Shown piece by piece: positions 10,404 to 19,021 of a DNA stretch of 23,373 bases (positions within the stretch are counted from its first letter, which is position 1; each line of letters opens with the position of its first letter). The notes beneath the pieces are model-generated. The model was not told the origin of the DNA. It searched no databases and saw only the letters and a list, made by a program, of their open reading frames with translations. The position numbers and the translations under genes were made by a program. Origin of the DNA: Terrimicrobiaceae bacterium (GTDB taxonomy: Bacteria > Verrucomicrobiota > Verrucomicrobiia > Chthoniobacterales > Terrimicrobiaceae); contig JBGSVZ010000057.1 of NCBI GenBank assembly GCA_041752695.1, positions 1-23,373 of the forward strand. Direction: 5' to 3'.

Positions 10404-10428
10404 TTTATGGTCGTTCGCTCCATAAATT
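10404..10428. promoter_or_regulatory. Conserved 25-bp intergenic motif, copy B, palindromic TTTATGG-N9-CCATAAA
   Basis: TTTATGGTCGTTCGCTCCATAAATT has perfect 7-bp arms and matches 7246-7270 at 19 of 25 positions. Confidence 0.5.
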
Positions 10429-10433
10429 CAGAT

Positions 10434-13400
10434 TCACTTGGCCGGAGTGGATTCCACCATTTGCAAGGTCACAGGGCCGAGTAGCCCCGATTCCACCAGG
10501 GGATCCTTGGCGGAATAGGAAATCGCCGAACGGGATTCCGATTCATCAATCGGCCCCGCGGGAGATCGAGGATCCCTACGAGTGGAAAAGGTGATCCTTC
10601 CGCTGGGACGCGGTTGGCCCTGCAGCAGCCAATCGGGCCATTTCGCGGGAAAGAAGTAGGCGGCCTTGGGCTTCCAGACGACGTCATCGTCCGGCAGCGC
10701 GGCGTCGCCGATCATGCGATTGCGCCAAAGGTTGGTGACCTTGACGACGAGCTTGTTGGCACCCGGCTTCAGGGCTTCCCCCACCCGCACGCGGAAGGGG
10801 GGCTTCCAGAGCACACCTAGGTTTTTTCCATTGAGTTCCACTTCGGCCATGATGGCCACCGCTCCCAGATCGAGAAAGATTTCCGGCGTTCCCTTGCCGG
10901 CGGACGGCTTCCAATCGAATTCCTTTTCGTATATCGCCGTGCCGGAAAAGAAGCGGATCCCGGCTTCGGAATTTTCCGTCCAGGACTTCAGGGAGTCGAA
11001 AGTCGCTTTCGCCGGTGCGCCGAGCTTGGGCGGAAAGCTCACCTGCCAGGGCCCTTCAAGGGTTTGGGCCACTTTCAGATCGGGCCAGTTTTTTCCCGAG
11101 CCGGGTTTCCGGTCGCCGCGGAAGACGAGGAAGGCGGAACCATGGGGGTCGAGGCGCAGCGGCAGTGTCACGCGTCCGTCCTGTATCTGAAAGTCCGGCA
11201 GGGGCCGGATTTCTCCGGTGCCGGGATCCCACCATTCCGGAGCGCGGTTGCCAGCGCGGAAGGTCGCCACCACCTCCTCGGTCCGATCACGCTGGTTGGA
11301 CACGAAATAGATCTCCGTCTCACCCAAGCGCCGGTGCGTGTAGATGATGTCCGCGTCTTTTGCAGGCGACCGCCACTCAAAATCCGGCTTCAAGCCGATG
11401 CGATCGAAGACCTTCTCGAAAGAGAGGTCGCTGGAGATCTTTGGCTGAGGGCCTCCCCACAGTTCTTCGGCGAGTTTTTGGACCTCCTGGTCTCCGGCAC
11501 CCAAGTCAGGCAGGCTGGGCGACTGTTCCGGACGCGGCCCCATCACCACGGCTCCGGCGGCGGCCAGCTCGCCGACTTTCTTCAGGACCGCCGGCCGCAT
11601 CGTTGGCAGATTCGGCAGCAGCAGAACGCGATATTCGGTGCCGCTGGGCAGGAGGATCTTTCCGTCCTGGACCCGGGCTTCCATCAGAGATTGAGTATCG
11701 CAGGCGTCGAAGTCGTATCCGGCCGGCAGCGCCGGGTGCAGTTCGTCGCGCCAGCCGACGTAGTTGGGCACGTCTTCGCCAATGTAATACAGCACGTCGG
11801 CCACCGGAGTTCCGGTCCGGAGCAGGTGGTTGCAGCGGGTCAGGTATTCCATCCAGGCGCGGCCCGGTTCCCACCAGGTGTTGCCTCGGTTGAAATTCAG
11901 TCCCCACTGGCCAAAGGTGAAACCGGGCCCGATCACCTCATACGGCTGGTGCGCAAAGGTGTGGAAAGTGAACTGATTGATGCCGGCACAAAAGGCGCGG
12001 TCTCCTATCGCCTTCAAGGTAAAGGGGTGGTTATCCCACCGGGCCCCATCCCCTCCGGAGGTGTAGGACTCGGCTCCCACCACCGGCTTGCCCGTGGTGT
12101 GGGCCATGGACGAAGCCGCCTTGGTGTCCACGCGGACGTCCCCTTTCCCATCCGTGCTCCAGAATTCCCCCATGGGAAGTTCGGTGTGGCGAATTCTCGC
12201 CACATCATAAAGAAACTGCTGGCGCCCGCTGGTCTCACCCGCATAGGTGAGCCCGTTTTCCTTGGCAAAGGCCTGCACGGTGGACAGAAAATTTTCGGAA
12301 ATCTGGTCGGACATGAACCGGCGCCAATCCCACAGTACCCGCTCGGAGACATCCGGATTTTCGACAATCCAGCCCTCCAGCATTGTAGGCATGAAGGTGA
12401 AAAGGTCGTAGCCAGTGCGCTGGCGGAAGCGGTCCTCGAGGCCGGCCGTCCAATTCTGAATGCCGGCCTCCCAGCTATCGACCTCCATCACCACAAAGGC
12501 CTTGCGATCCGGACGGGCGGCGATCCGGCCCACATAGTTTTCCAAATGGAAACGAACGCTCTTGGGATCCAGCTTGTCGCATTCCAATCCCCGTCCCTCC
12601 GTGGAGGCCGGCGCATTGACTCTTCCGTTGGTGGTGTAGCCGATGCGAAGGATGCGCCATTTGCCCGGCGGAACGTCCCATTGCAAGCGTCCATCGGCCG
12701 ACATTTGAGCCGTGAGGTTTTTCACCGCGTCGCGAGGAATGGCCAGTCCGGCCGGCAGATTGCGCTGCCGGTCTGGTCCCGGGAAATCATCGAAGCGGCT
12801 CCGCTCCCCCCCATGGCCATTGGCCCGGACCAGATTCGACTTGGCCTCGGCCAGATGCACCCGGGCAGACTCGCTCAACTCGATCCGGCCGATGGTGGTC
12901 GGCCTGGAATTCTCGAAGGTGAGCCGGAACACCCGGCCGGGTGTCTCGTCGCACGCAGCCGTGATGTAATTTTCCGGCAGGGAAGTCCCCTTGAAGACCC
13001 AGTTGGGAGTAAAGGATCCGACGGAACGGAAGGTTTTCCCGTCGTCGGAAACCTCCAATTTGATCGGGAAACCCGCTTCAGTGTTCGGGTTTACATTCCC
13101 ACAAACGAGGGAACGGACCGTGCGCGGGGACGGAAACTCGAACTCCACGACGTTTCCGCTTTTGGATTTGGGAAACTTCGCGGAAGTCTTCGAATCCCCG
13201 TCAACCAGCTTGGCCAGTTCCTCGGCCGGGATGGACCCCCGCAGGGTCACCTCCGCCCCGGGGCCAGTGAGTTGCTCGCCCTTCGGAACCGGAAAGGCGA
13301 TGACCGCGATGTCGCGGAAGAAATTCTCGATCGCTTCCGGTTGAGCCAACAGAGCGTCGAAACGAGTAGGACCCTCTACTTCCTTCACACTCCAGGTCAG

Positions 13401-13799
13401 CAGTTTCATCGAGGTTTCCGGAGTGATCCATGGCCCTCCACTCAGCCCCCAGCCGTCGCAGTTGTGCAGGCCGAACTCCAGTCCAAGCCGTTCACTTTCC
13501 TTCAACGTGTGATCGACCAGGGCGAGCCACTCTGGACTGAGAAAACGGGCCGGTCCATCCGGCATCCCCATGCTGACGTTAAAGAGGGACATCCCGCCCA
13601 CCCCGGCGCGATTCATCGATTCCAGATCGGCCGTGATGCCTTCCTTGGTGACGTTCCCGTCCATCCAATGCCACCAGGTCTGCGGCCGGGCGGAATGCGG
13701 AGGATGTTGGAAAGCGGCGTCCAGTGAATCCGGCGCTGCGAAGGAGGTAAGAGTCAGGCCGAGCGTAAGAACCGAGACCAGGAAAGGTGGTTTCATCAT
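10434..13799 (-). CDS. GH106 alpha-L-rhamnosidase (copy 3) with an F5/8-type insert
   Basis: Motifs PQTWWHWMDGNVTKEGITADLE, SGGPWITPE, GLECDKL, VDSWE, GEFW, AESYT, HTFAHQP, SGLLGPV. Signal peptide present. Confidence 0.92.
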   Translation of the reverse strand: MMKPPFLVSVLTLGLTLTSFAAPDSLDAAFQHPPHSARPQTWWHWMDGNVTKEGITADLESMNRAGVGGMSLFNVSMGMPDGPARFLSPEWLALVDHTLKESERLGLEFGLHNCDGWGLSGGPWITPETSMKLLTWSVKEVEGPTRFDALLAQPEAIENFFRDIAVIAFPVPKGEQLTGPGAEVTLRGSIPAEELAKLVDGDSKTSAKFPKSKSGNVVEFEFPSPRTVRSLVCGNVNPNTEAGFPIKLEVSDDGKTFRSVGSFTPNWVFKGTSLPENYITAACDETPGRVFRLTFENSRPTTIGRIELSESARVHLAEAKSNLVRANGHGGERSRFDDFPGPDRQRNLPAGLAIPRDAVKNLTAQMSADGRLQWDVPPGKWRILRIGYTTNGRVNAPASTEGRGLECDKLDPKSVRFHLENYVGRIAARPDRKAFVVMEVDSWEAGIQNWTAGLEDRFRQRTGYDLFTFMPTMLEGWIVENPDVSERVLWDWRRFMSDQISENFLSTVQAFAKENGLTYAGETSGRQQFLYDVARIRHTELPMGEFWSTDGKGDVRVDTKAASSMAHTTGKPVVGAESYTSGGDGARWDNHPFTLKAIGDRAFCAGINQFTFHTFAHQPYEVIGPGFTFGQWGLNFNRGNTWWEPGRAWMEYLTRCNHLLRTGTPVADVLYYIGEDVPNYVGWRDELHPALPAGYDFDACDTQSLMEARVQDGKILLPSGTEYRVLLLPNLPTMRPAVLKKVGELAAAGAVVMGPRPEQSPSLPDLGAGDQEVQKLAEELWGGPQPKISSDLSFEKVFDRIGLKPDFEWRSPAKDADIIYTHRRLGETEIYFVSNQRDRTEEVVATFRAGNRAPEWWDPGTGEIRPLPDFQIQDGRVTLPLRLDPHGSAFLVFRGDRKPGSGKNWPDLKVAQTLEGPWQVSFPPKLGAPAKATFDSLKSWTENSEAGIRFFSGTAIYEKEFDWKPSAGKGTPEIFLDLGAVAIMAEVELNGKNLGVLWKPPFRVRVGEALKPGANKLVVKVTNLWRNRMIGDAALPDDDVVWKPKAAYFFPAKWPDWLLQGQPRPSGRITFSTRRDPRSPAGPIDESESRSAISYSAKDPLVESGLLGPVTLQMVESTPAK

Positions 13800-13838
13800 T
13801 TCAAGGAGGGCAAGCGGGAGTGAGTTTCATCTGGTCAG

Positions 13839-15473
13839 TTATTCTTCCGCATCTGCGTTCCTCCCGGCCTTTTTCCCGGTGCCAGGCGCCGGCGGGTCTT
13901 GGAGAGAGAGCGCGTGAAAGTCCTTGGCCTGGCGGGTCCACACCTTTTCCATTTCGGAGACTTTTTCAGGATATTTGGCCGCAAGGTTTTTGGTTTCTGA
14001 GCGATCCGTGCCCAAGTCGTAGAGTTCCCATGGGGACTTCTCGTTGGCGACCAGCTTCCACTCGCCGATGCGGATGGCGCGGTTGCCGATGTGGTTCCAC
14101 CACAGGGATTCCCTCGTGATCGGGCCGTCCTTGGCGAAGGCGGGCAGCAGGCTCTTGCCATGCAACGGCGGCACCGGGAGTCCGGCCACGGATTCGGGTT
14201 GTTTGGCACCGGCGAGTTCGAGCACCGTCGGCACGATGTCGATCAGGTGGCCGGGGGTAGTCCGCAGTTCGTTGTGCGCCTTGATGCCCGCAGGCCAACT
14301 CACAATCAGCGGCGTGGCGATGCCGCCTTCGTGGTTGTAGGATTTGTGCAGACGGAGGGGCGTATTCGCCGCGCTCGACCAGCCCGGCCCGATGCCCAGG
14401 AAGGTTTTTGCTGAACCCACCGGCGCGGTGGGATCGTGACCGCCGGCCCGGATGATCTGTTCGGCCGAGGCCCCGTTGTCGGACAGAAAAAAGATGAGCG
14501 TATTGTCGAGGTCCCCCATCGCCTTGATCTGCTCAAGGACCCTGCCGATTTCGATATCCACGCGATGCACCATCGCGGCGTGAACCTCCATCTTGGATGA
14601 CTGGAATTCCTTTTGTCCGCCGGTGAGGCTGTCCCATGGCACCGCATGCCCGACTTCGTCCGGGCCGATTCTTTTTTGCAATGCGGCTTCGTTCAAGTTC
14701 CAGCGCGGAATGGTGTCCGGCTCGAGCGGCGAGAGCGTGCAGTCGAGGATGCCGAGCTTTTTCATGCGCTCCAGGCGCTCCGCCCGGATCGAGTCCCATC
14801 CGGATTTGTAGCGATCCTTGTAAACCGCAATGTCTTCCGGCAAGGCCTGGATCGGATAGTGCGGAGCCGTGAAGGCGATGTATTCGAAAAAGGGCTGCTC
14901 TGGATATTTTGCCGCGTGGTTCTTGAGGGACTGAATCGCCTCATCCGCAATAAAAACACTGGAGTAGCTGGATTTCGGATCGCCTCGCCTCGCCGAACCA
15001 AAATGATGGTTGGCATTCACTTTGCCAACCGACTCGTCGAAGCCGTTATCGGCCGGGTCCCCGTCAATGTGCCATTTCCCTGAATGATAGGACCGATAGC
15101 CAGCCGACTTGAGAAGATCCGGCAGCAACCGGGCCCAGCGCGGACGGTCGCCCACGACGACCTTTGGCGCGAATCCCGCAGGCAAATTGTCGCGCCGCAT
15201 TGCCTGCGGATAATAGCCGGTCAGGAGGGCGGCGCGCGACGGCCAGCACCGTCCCGTATTGTAGAACTGCGTGAACCTCAGGCCTCCCGCCGCGAGTTTG
15301 TCCAAGTTTGGAGTCTGAATTTCGCTACCGTAACAACCAGCATCCGAGAATCCCATATCGTCGGTGACAATGATGAGAATGTTGGGTTTGGGGGCCAAAG
15401 GATTCTCAGCTGCGCACAGCGCGCCGCCGCCGACGATAAGAGGACTCACGACGAGGAGAGCGAGGGATTTCAT
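13839..15473 (-). CDS. S1 sulfatase, AtsA/arylsulfatase-like (Cys-type), secreted
   Basis: Motifs DDMGFSDAGCYGSEIQTPNLD, RCWPSRAALLTG, GKWH, AFTAPHYP, SDNGAS, NTPLRLHK..HEGGIATP, ELYDL..DRSETKNLA. Signal peptide present. Confidence 0.95.
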   Translation of the reverse strand: MKSLALLVVSPLIVGGGALCAAENPLAPKPNILIIVTDDMGFSDAGCYGSEIQTPNLDKLAAGGLRFTQFYNTGRCWPSRAALLTGYYPQAMRRDNLPAGFAPKVVVGDRPRWARLLPDLLKSAGYRSYHSGKWHIDGDPADNGFDESVGKVNANHHFGSARRGDPKSSYSSVFIADEAIQSLKNHAAKYPEQPFFEYIAFTAPHYPIQALPEDIAVYKDRYKSGWDSIRAERLERMKKLGILDCTLSPLEPDTIPRWNLNEAALQKRIGPDEVGHAVPWDSLTGGQKEFQSSKMEVHAAMVHRVDIEIGRVLEQIKAMGDLDNTLIFFLSDNGASAEQIIRAGGHDPTAPVGSAKTFLGIGPGWSSAANTPLRLHKSYNHEGGIATPLIVSWPAGIKAHNELRTTPGHLIDIVPTVLELAGAKQPESVAGLPVPPLHGKSLLPAFAKDGPITRESLWWNHIGNRAIRIGEWKLVANEKSPWELYDLGTDRSETKNLAAKYPEKVSEMEKVWTRQAKDFHALSLQDPPAPGTGKKAGRNADAEE

Positions 15474-15486
15474 GCAGGAGGAATTT

Positions 15487-18400
15487 TCAGTCGAGACGAA
15501 GATCGCCCTCCGGTTTCAGAGTGACGGGACCGATCAATCCCGAGGGAACTAGCTCGTCGCCCTTGTTCCAATGCCGCCAAGTGGTGAAACTGATGCGTCC
15601 GGTCGGGCTCTTTTTGCCCTCCCAGACCCAATCCGGCCATTCCTTCATGGTGCCCCCGCCTTTGCGGGGACTGTCTTCCGGCAGGTTTTCATCGCCGATC
15701 TGGCGATTGACCCAGAGGTTCACGACCTCGAGTTCCAGCTGATTTTCCCCCGGCTTCAGAGCCGATGTGACGTCTAGCTGGAAGGGCGCTTTCCAGAGAA
15801 TACCGAGGTCTTTCCCGTTGAGTTTCACCCGGGCCATTACTTCCACCGTCCCCAGATCGAGGATCCAGCGGACATCTTTCGCAACGGGCGGTGCGACCAA
15901 CGATTTGCGATAAACGGCCGTGCCTGAATAATATTTGATTCCGTCCTCCGGGCGCTGCGACCAGTCGTCCAGCTTGTCGAAGGTGACCTCACCGGGGCCG
16001 CCGAGTTCCGGCGAAAAATGCACTTTCCAGGGTCCGTTGATTTCCTGGACGGCGGGCAAATTCGGAACGCTCACCTTCTTCGTCGATCCGGAGGCGGTTT
16101 TCAGTTCGAAGTCTCCCGCCCGCGATGTGGAAAGGATCAGGCCTTTCGCGGGATCTTGAGTGACTGTGGCCCTCACATCCGGCTCCTTCACTTCCTTCAG
16201 CCACAGGATATCGCGGTCGTTGCCCGAAACCTTGATCACTTGGTCGTCGCAGCGGTATTCCAAGTTGAGGGTTTTCAAGACACCAGGGGCCGGATCCCCG
16301 GGTTTCCCCATCTGCACGACGGGAATTTTTGTCTCCCCGGTATCCACCAGAGTCTGAATCCTCTTCTTAACGTCCCGAGTGCGTTTGGGGTCATCCGGAT
16401 CGCCATAGATGGCGCTCAGAACCGTGATGACTGGCTTTGCTTTGGGCGGAGGCGTTTCGGTGAGGGACCACTGAACCTTTCCGTCATAGCTGAGGGCCAC
16501 GACGGCATCGGTTCCGGCGGCAGGTTTACGGAAGACCACGAAGGCCGAACCGAACGGCTCCAGAGAAAGCGCGACGCGGGTCACGCCCTCGGTCTCCAGG
16601 AAGGAGCCGGAAGTCTCCATGCGGCCGGTATCTGGCCACCAAATCTCGGGTTGGAGGCCGGTAACCCGGAAGCTGGCCACCGCATTGACGGCGGCCGGTT
16701 CGGGGTTGGCGACGAAATACACTTCTGCGTCACCAATGCGACGATGGATGAAACGTAAAGTCGGATGGGCGGTAAAATCGGGCGGCACGCCTCGCTCGCC
16801 GAGAAATTCTTGAGCGGACTTGCCGGTGAGAATTTTCCCGGAGGCCCAGAGGGCGGCAGCCGACTTGGCCAGCTTTTCGTCACCCTGCCCCAGGTCGGCC
16901 AGGCTGGGGGATTTGCGAGGAGGCTTGACCGGACCCACAATCATGGCTCCGGCGTCCGCCAGTTCCTGAATTTTGGCCAACAAGACCGGGGTTATCGTTT
17001 CACTCTCCGGCAGCACCAGAGTGCGGTAGCTCATGCCGTCCGGCAGGACGAGGCGTCCGTCCTTCACGGTCATCCGGGTCAATACGACTTCCGGCGAACA
17101 AGCGTCAAAGCCGTAGCCGCTGCGGATGTTGGGGGCGAGTTCGGCCTCCGGTGGCAGGACGGCCTGACGCGGTGCACCTTCCGGAGCCAGATAGGCAATG
17201 TCGGCCACAAATTGTCCCTGCTGCAAAAGGCTTTGGCAGCGCGCCAGATATTCGTGCCAGGCCTTCGATTGTTCCCACCACGTCTGGGTGCGTTCGTAAT
17301 GAAGCCCCCACGGTCCCATGGCTGCGCCAGGCGCGAGGTTGAGCCACGGCTGACCAGCAAAGCGATGGAAAACAAACCGGTTGATGCCCTCGGAAAAGGC
17401 CCAGTCGCCGATGTATTTGATGTTGCCGGGATGACTCAGCCACTTTTCGGAACCCACTGAGGTGAAGGCTTCGCCACTGACAATTTTCTTGCCGTAGGTG
17501 TGCGCGGCGGAGGTCATGTCCAGGCAACTCCAATCGTGCTTGAAGGGGGCATGGGCCCAGAATTCCCCCATCGGTTCATCAGTGGCTCCGGCATACGCCA
17601 TGTTTTCCGCCGGTCCCCCGTAGGCTTCGGCCGTCAAACGGAGGCCGTTCTGGTTGGCCAGATTTTTCAGAACTCCGGCATAGTTCTCGACGATCAGTTC
17701 CGAAACCGTCTGGCGAAGATCCCAATAAAACCGCTCGGTGGCCTCGGTGCTGCCAACGATCCGGCCGGAAAACGCCGGCAGAAAAGGAACCATGTCGTAG
17801 CCCCGGCGTTTCTTGAACTCCTCGCGCATCAACGGCGTCCAATTCTGCGGGCCCAGTTCCCAACTGTCGATATGGGTGCCGACCAACGTTTTGTCCTGGC
17901 CAGCCAGGGCCTTGTTTTGCGCGACAATTTTTTCGATCAAATTGTCGAAATGCAGTTTGGTAGCCGCCGCGCTCAGCTTGTCACTTTCCAGTCCGGTGCC
18001 AGCCTCCGGCGCGGGCCTGTTTTCCAAACCATTCGTGGTGTGGCCGAAGCGCATGACCAGCCATTTTCCGGGAGGAGGAGTCCAGTTTAGTTTGCCCGTT
18101 TCGTCCATTTTCGCGGTGAGGTCGAGGACCCGATCTTGGGGGATGATCGCTCCCGCCGGACCTTCCGGAAAGTTAGCCGGCGCAGCCTCTCGATATTCCC
18201 GTCGGTGCGAACTTTTTTCGGGAGTCAACGATTTGCTTTTGAACTCGGCTATGCGGTTGTCATCGGAAGGAGCAGGCATCGCCAGCACGGCAATGTCGCG
18301 GTAATAATTTCTTTCCGCCTCGGGTTGCGGCAGCATGATGCGCGCACTCTCTTCGGCTATCACCTCGCTCCAAACAACTTTCTGCATCGACATCTCCGGC

Positions 18401-18786
18401 GTGATCCAGGGTCCGCCGCTGCCGGTCCAGCCAGCATCGTTGTTAAAGCTCACCTCCAGCCCGAGGCGCTTGGCTTCATTACAGATGTGCTGGATCATCT
18501 CCATCCATTCCGGACTGGCGAACTTCACCGGTCCGGGAGGCGTGCCCTGCCGCACTTCCAGATACAGGGCTCCGCCGATGCCCACGCGAGCCATGGCCTC
18601 GAGATCCGCGGTGAGGCCGTCTTTGGTTAGACTTCCGTCGAGGATCATCCAATAGACCCAAGGCCTCGCCGAATCGGGGGGAGTGACGAAACTCTTTTCC
18701 AGCGGGTCAGTCTCGGCGGCAAACCCAGCGAGGGCGGCGCACAGCAAAGAGAGCGGGAGAATGTATCGGAGCGGGACTCGTTTCAT
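15487..18786 (-). CDS. GH106 alpha-L-rhamnosidase (copy 4) with a SUEL/DUF3395-like insert; likely start ATG 18786 (~1099 aa), not 19002
   Basis: Motifs PWVYWMILDG...DLEAMARVGIGG, SGGPWITPE, GLESDKL, IDSWE, GEFW, GEAFT, SGLIGPV. The signal peptide begins at MKRVPLRYILPLSLLCAALAGFA. Confidence 0.92.
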   Translation of the reverse strand: MKRVPLRYILPLSLLCAALAGFAAETDPLEKSFVTPPDSARPWVYWMILDGSLTKDGLTADLEAMARVGIGGALYLEVRQGTPPGPVKFASPEWMEMIQHICNEAKRLGLEVSFNNDAGWTGSGGPWITPEMSMQKVVWSEVIAEESARIMLPQPEAERNYYRDIAVLAMPAPSDDNRIAEFKSKSLTPEKSSHRREYREAAPANFPEGPAGAIIPQDRVLDLTAKMDETGKLNWTPPPGKWLVMRFGHTTNGLENRPAPEAGTGLESDKLSAAATKLHFDNLIEKIVAQNKALAGQDKTLVGTHIDSWELGPQNWTPLMREEFKKRRGYDMVPFLPAFSGRIVGSTEATERFYWDLRQTVSELIVENYAGVLKNLANQNGLRLTAEAYGGPAENMAYAGATDEPMGEFWAHAPFKHDWSCLDMTSAAHTYGKKIVSGEAFTSVGSEKWLSHPGNIKYIGDWAFSEGINRFVFHRFAGQPWLNLAPGAAMGPWGLHYERTQTWWEQSKAWHEYLARCQSLLQQGQFVADIAYLAPEGAPRQAVLPPEAELAPNIRSGYGFDACSPEVVLTRMTVKDGRLVLPDGMSYRTLVLPESETITPVLLAKIQELADAGAMIVGPVKPPRKSPSLADLGQGDEKLAKSAAALWASGKILTGKSAQEFLGERGVPPDFTAHPTLRFIHRRIGDAEVYFVANPEPAAVNAVASFRVTGLQPEIWWPDTGRMETSGSFLETEGVTRVALSLEPFGSAFVVFRKPAAGTDAVVALSYDGKVQWSLTETPPPKAKPVITVLSAIYGDPDDPKRTRDVKKRIQTLVDTGETKIPVVQMGKPGDPAPGVLKTLNLEYRCDDQVIKVSGNDRDILWLKEVKEPDVRATVTQDPAKGLILSTSRAGDFELKTASGSTKKVSVPNLPAVQEINGPWKVHFSPELGGPGEVTFDKLDDWSQRPEDGIKYYSGTAVYRKSLVAPPVAKDVRWILDLGTVEVMARVKLNGKDLGILWKAPFQLDVTSALKPGENQLELEVVNLWVNRQIGDENLPEDSPRKGGGTMKEWPDWVWEGKKSPTGRISFTTWRHWNKGDELVPSGLIGPVTLKPEGDLRLD

Positions 18787-18980
18787 AGAGAACAGGACAA
18801 CGCCTTCAACTAGCCCAAATCGACGACAAGCCGGGGCTTCCTGGGACCCACCGTCTTCCTGTGCCGACACTTGCTTCCCGGGCGGAAACCCGGCAGAAGA
18901 TCGAGTGGTTCGATTTGGAGGTAAGCCAAAATGCTGAACGGATTTTCTGCCGCAGCTCGAGCCCGAAGGCTGATCGGACG

Positions 18981-19011
18981 GGAATCCCGGCGCGTTTCTC
19001 ACCGGGATTCC
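18981..19011 (-). terminator. Strong hairpin 10 nt downstream of the PEP-CTERM stop (terminator or mRNA-stabilising stem)
   Basis: Perfect 10-bp inverted repeat GGAATCCCGG (18981-18990) / CCGGGATTCC (19002-19011) with an 11-nt loop. No poly-U tail. Confidence 0.5.
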
Positions 19012-19021
19012 GCCACGTGAA

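Noticed and set aside
11064..13727. 887-aa plus-strand ORF, and similar long ones (968-2059, 4761-5876, 5964-7361, 8259-9623)
   Set aside because: They are antisense shadows of well-supported minus-strand genes, expected from GC-rich codon bias, and carry no recognisable motifs.
18901..18920. GTGGTTCGATT resembling a tRNA T-loop (possible att remnant)
   Set aside because: The flanks do not pair as a T-stem, and there is no acceptor stem or CCA end.
18787..19002. 72-aa N-terminal extension of GH106-4 in the ORF track
   Set aside because: The signal peptide begins at Met 18786. The extension runs through hairpin-rich intergenic DNA and has no counterpart in the paralogues.
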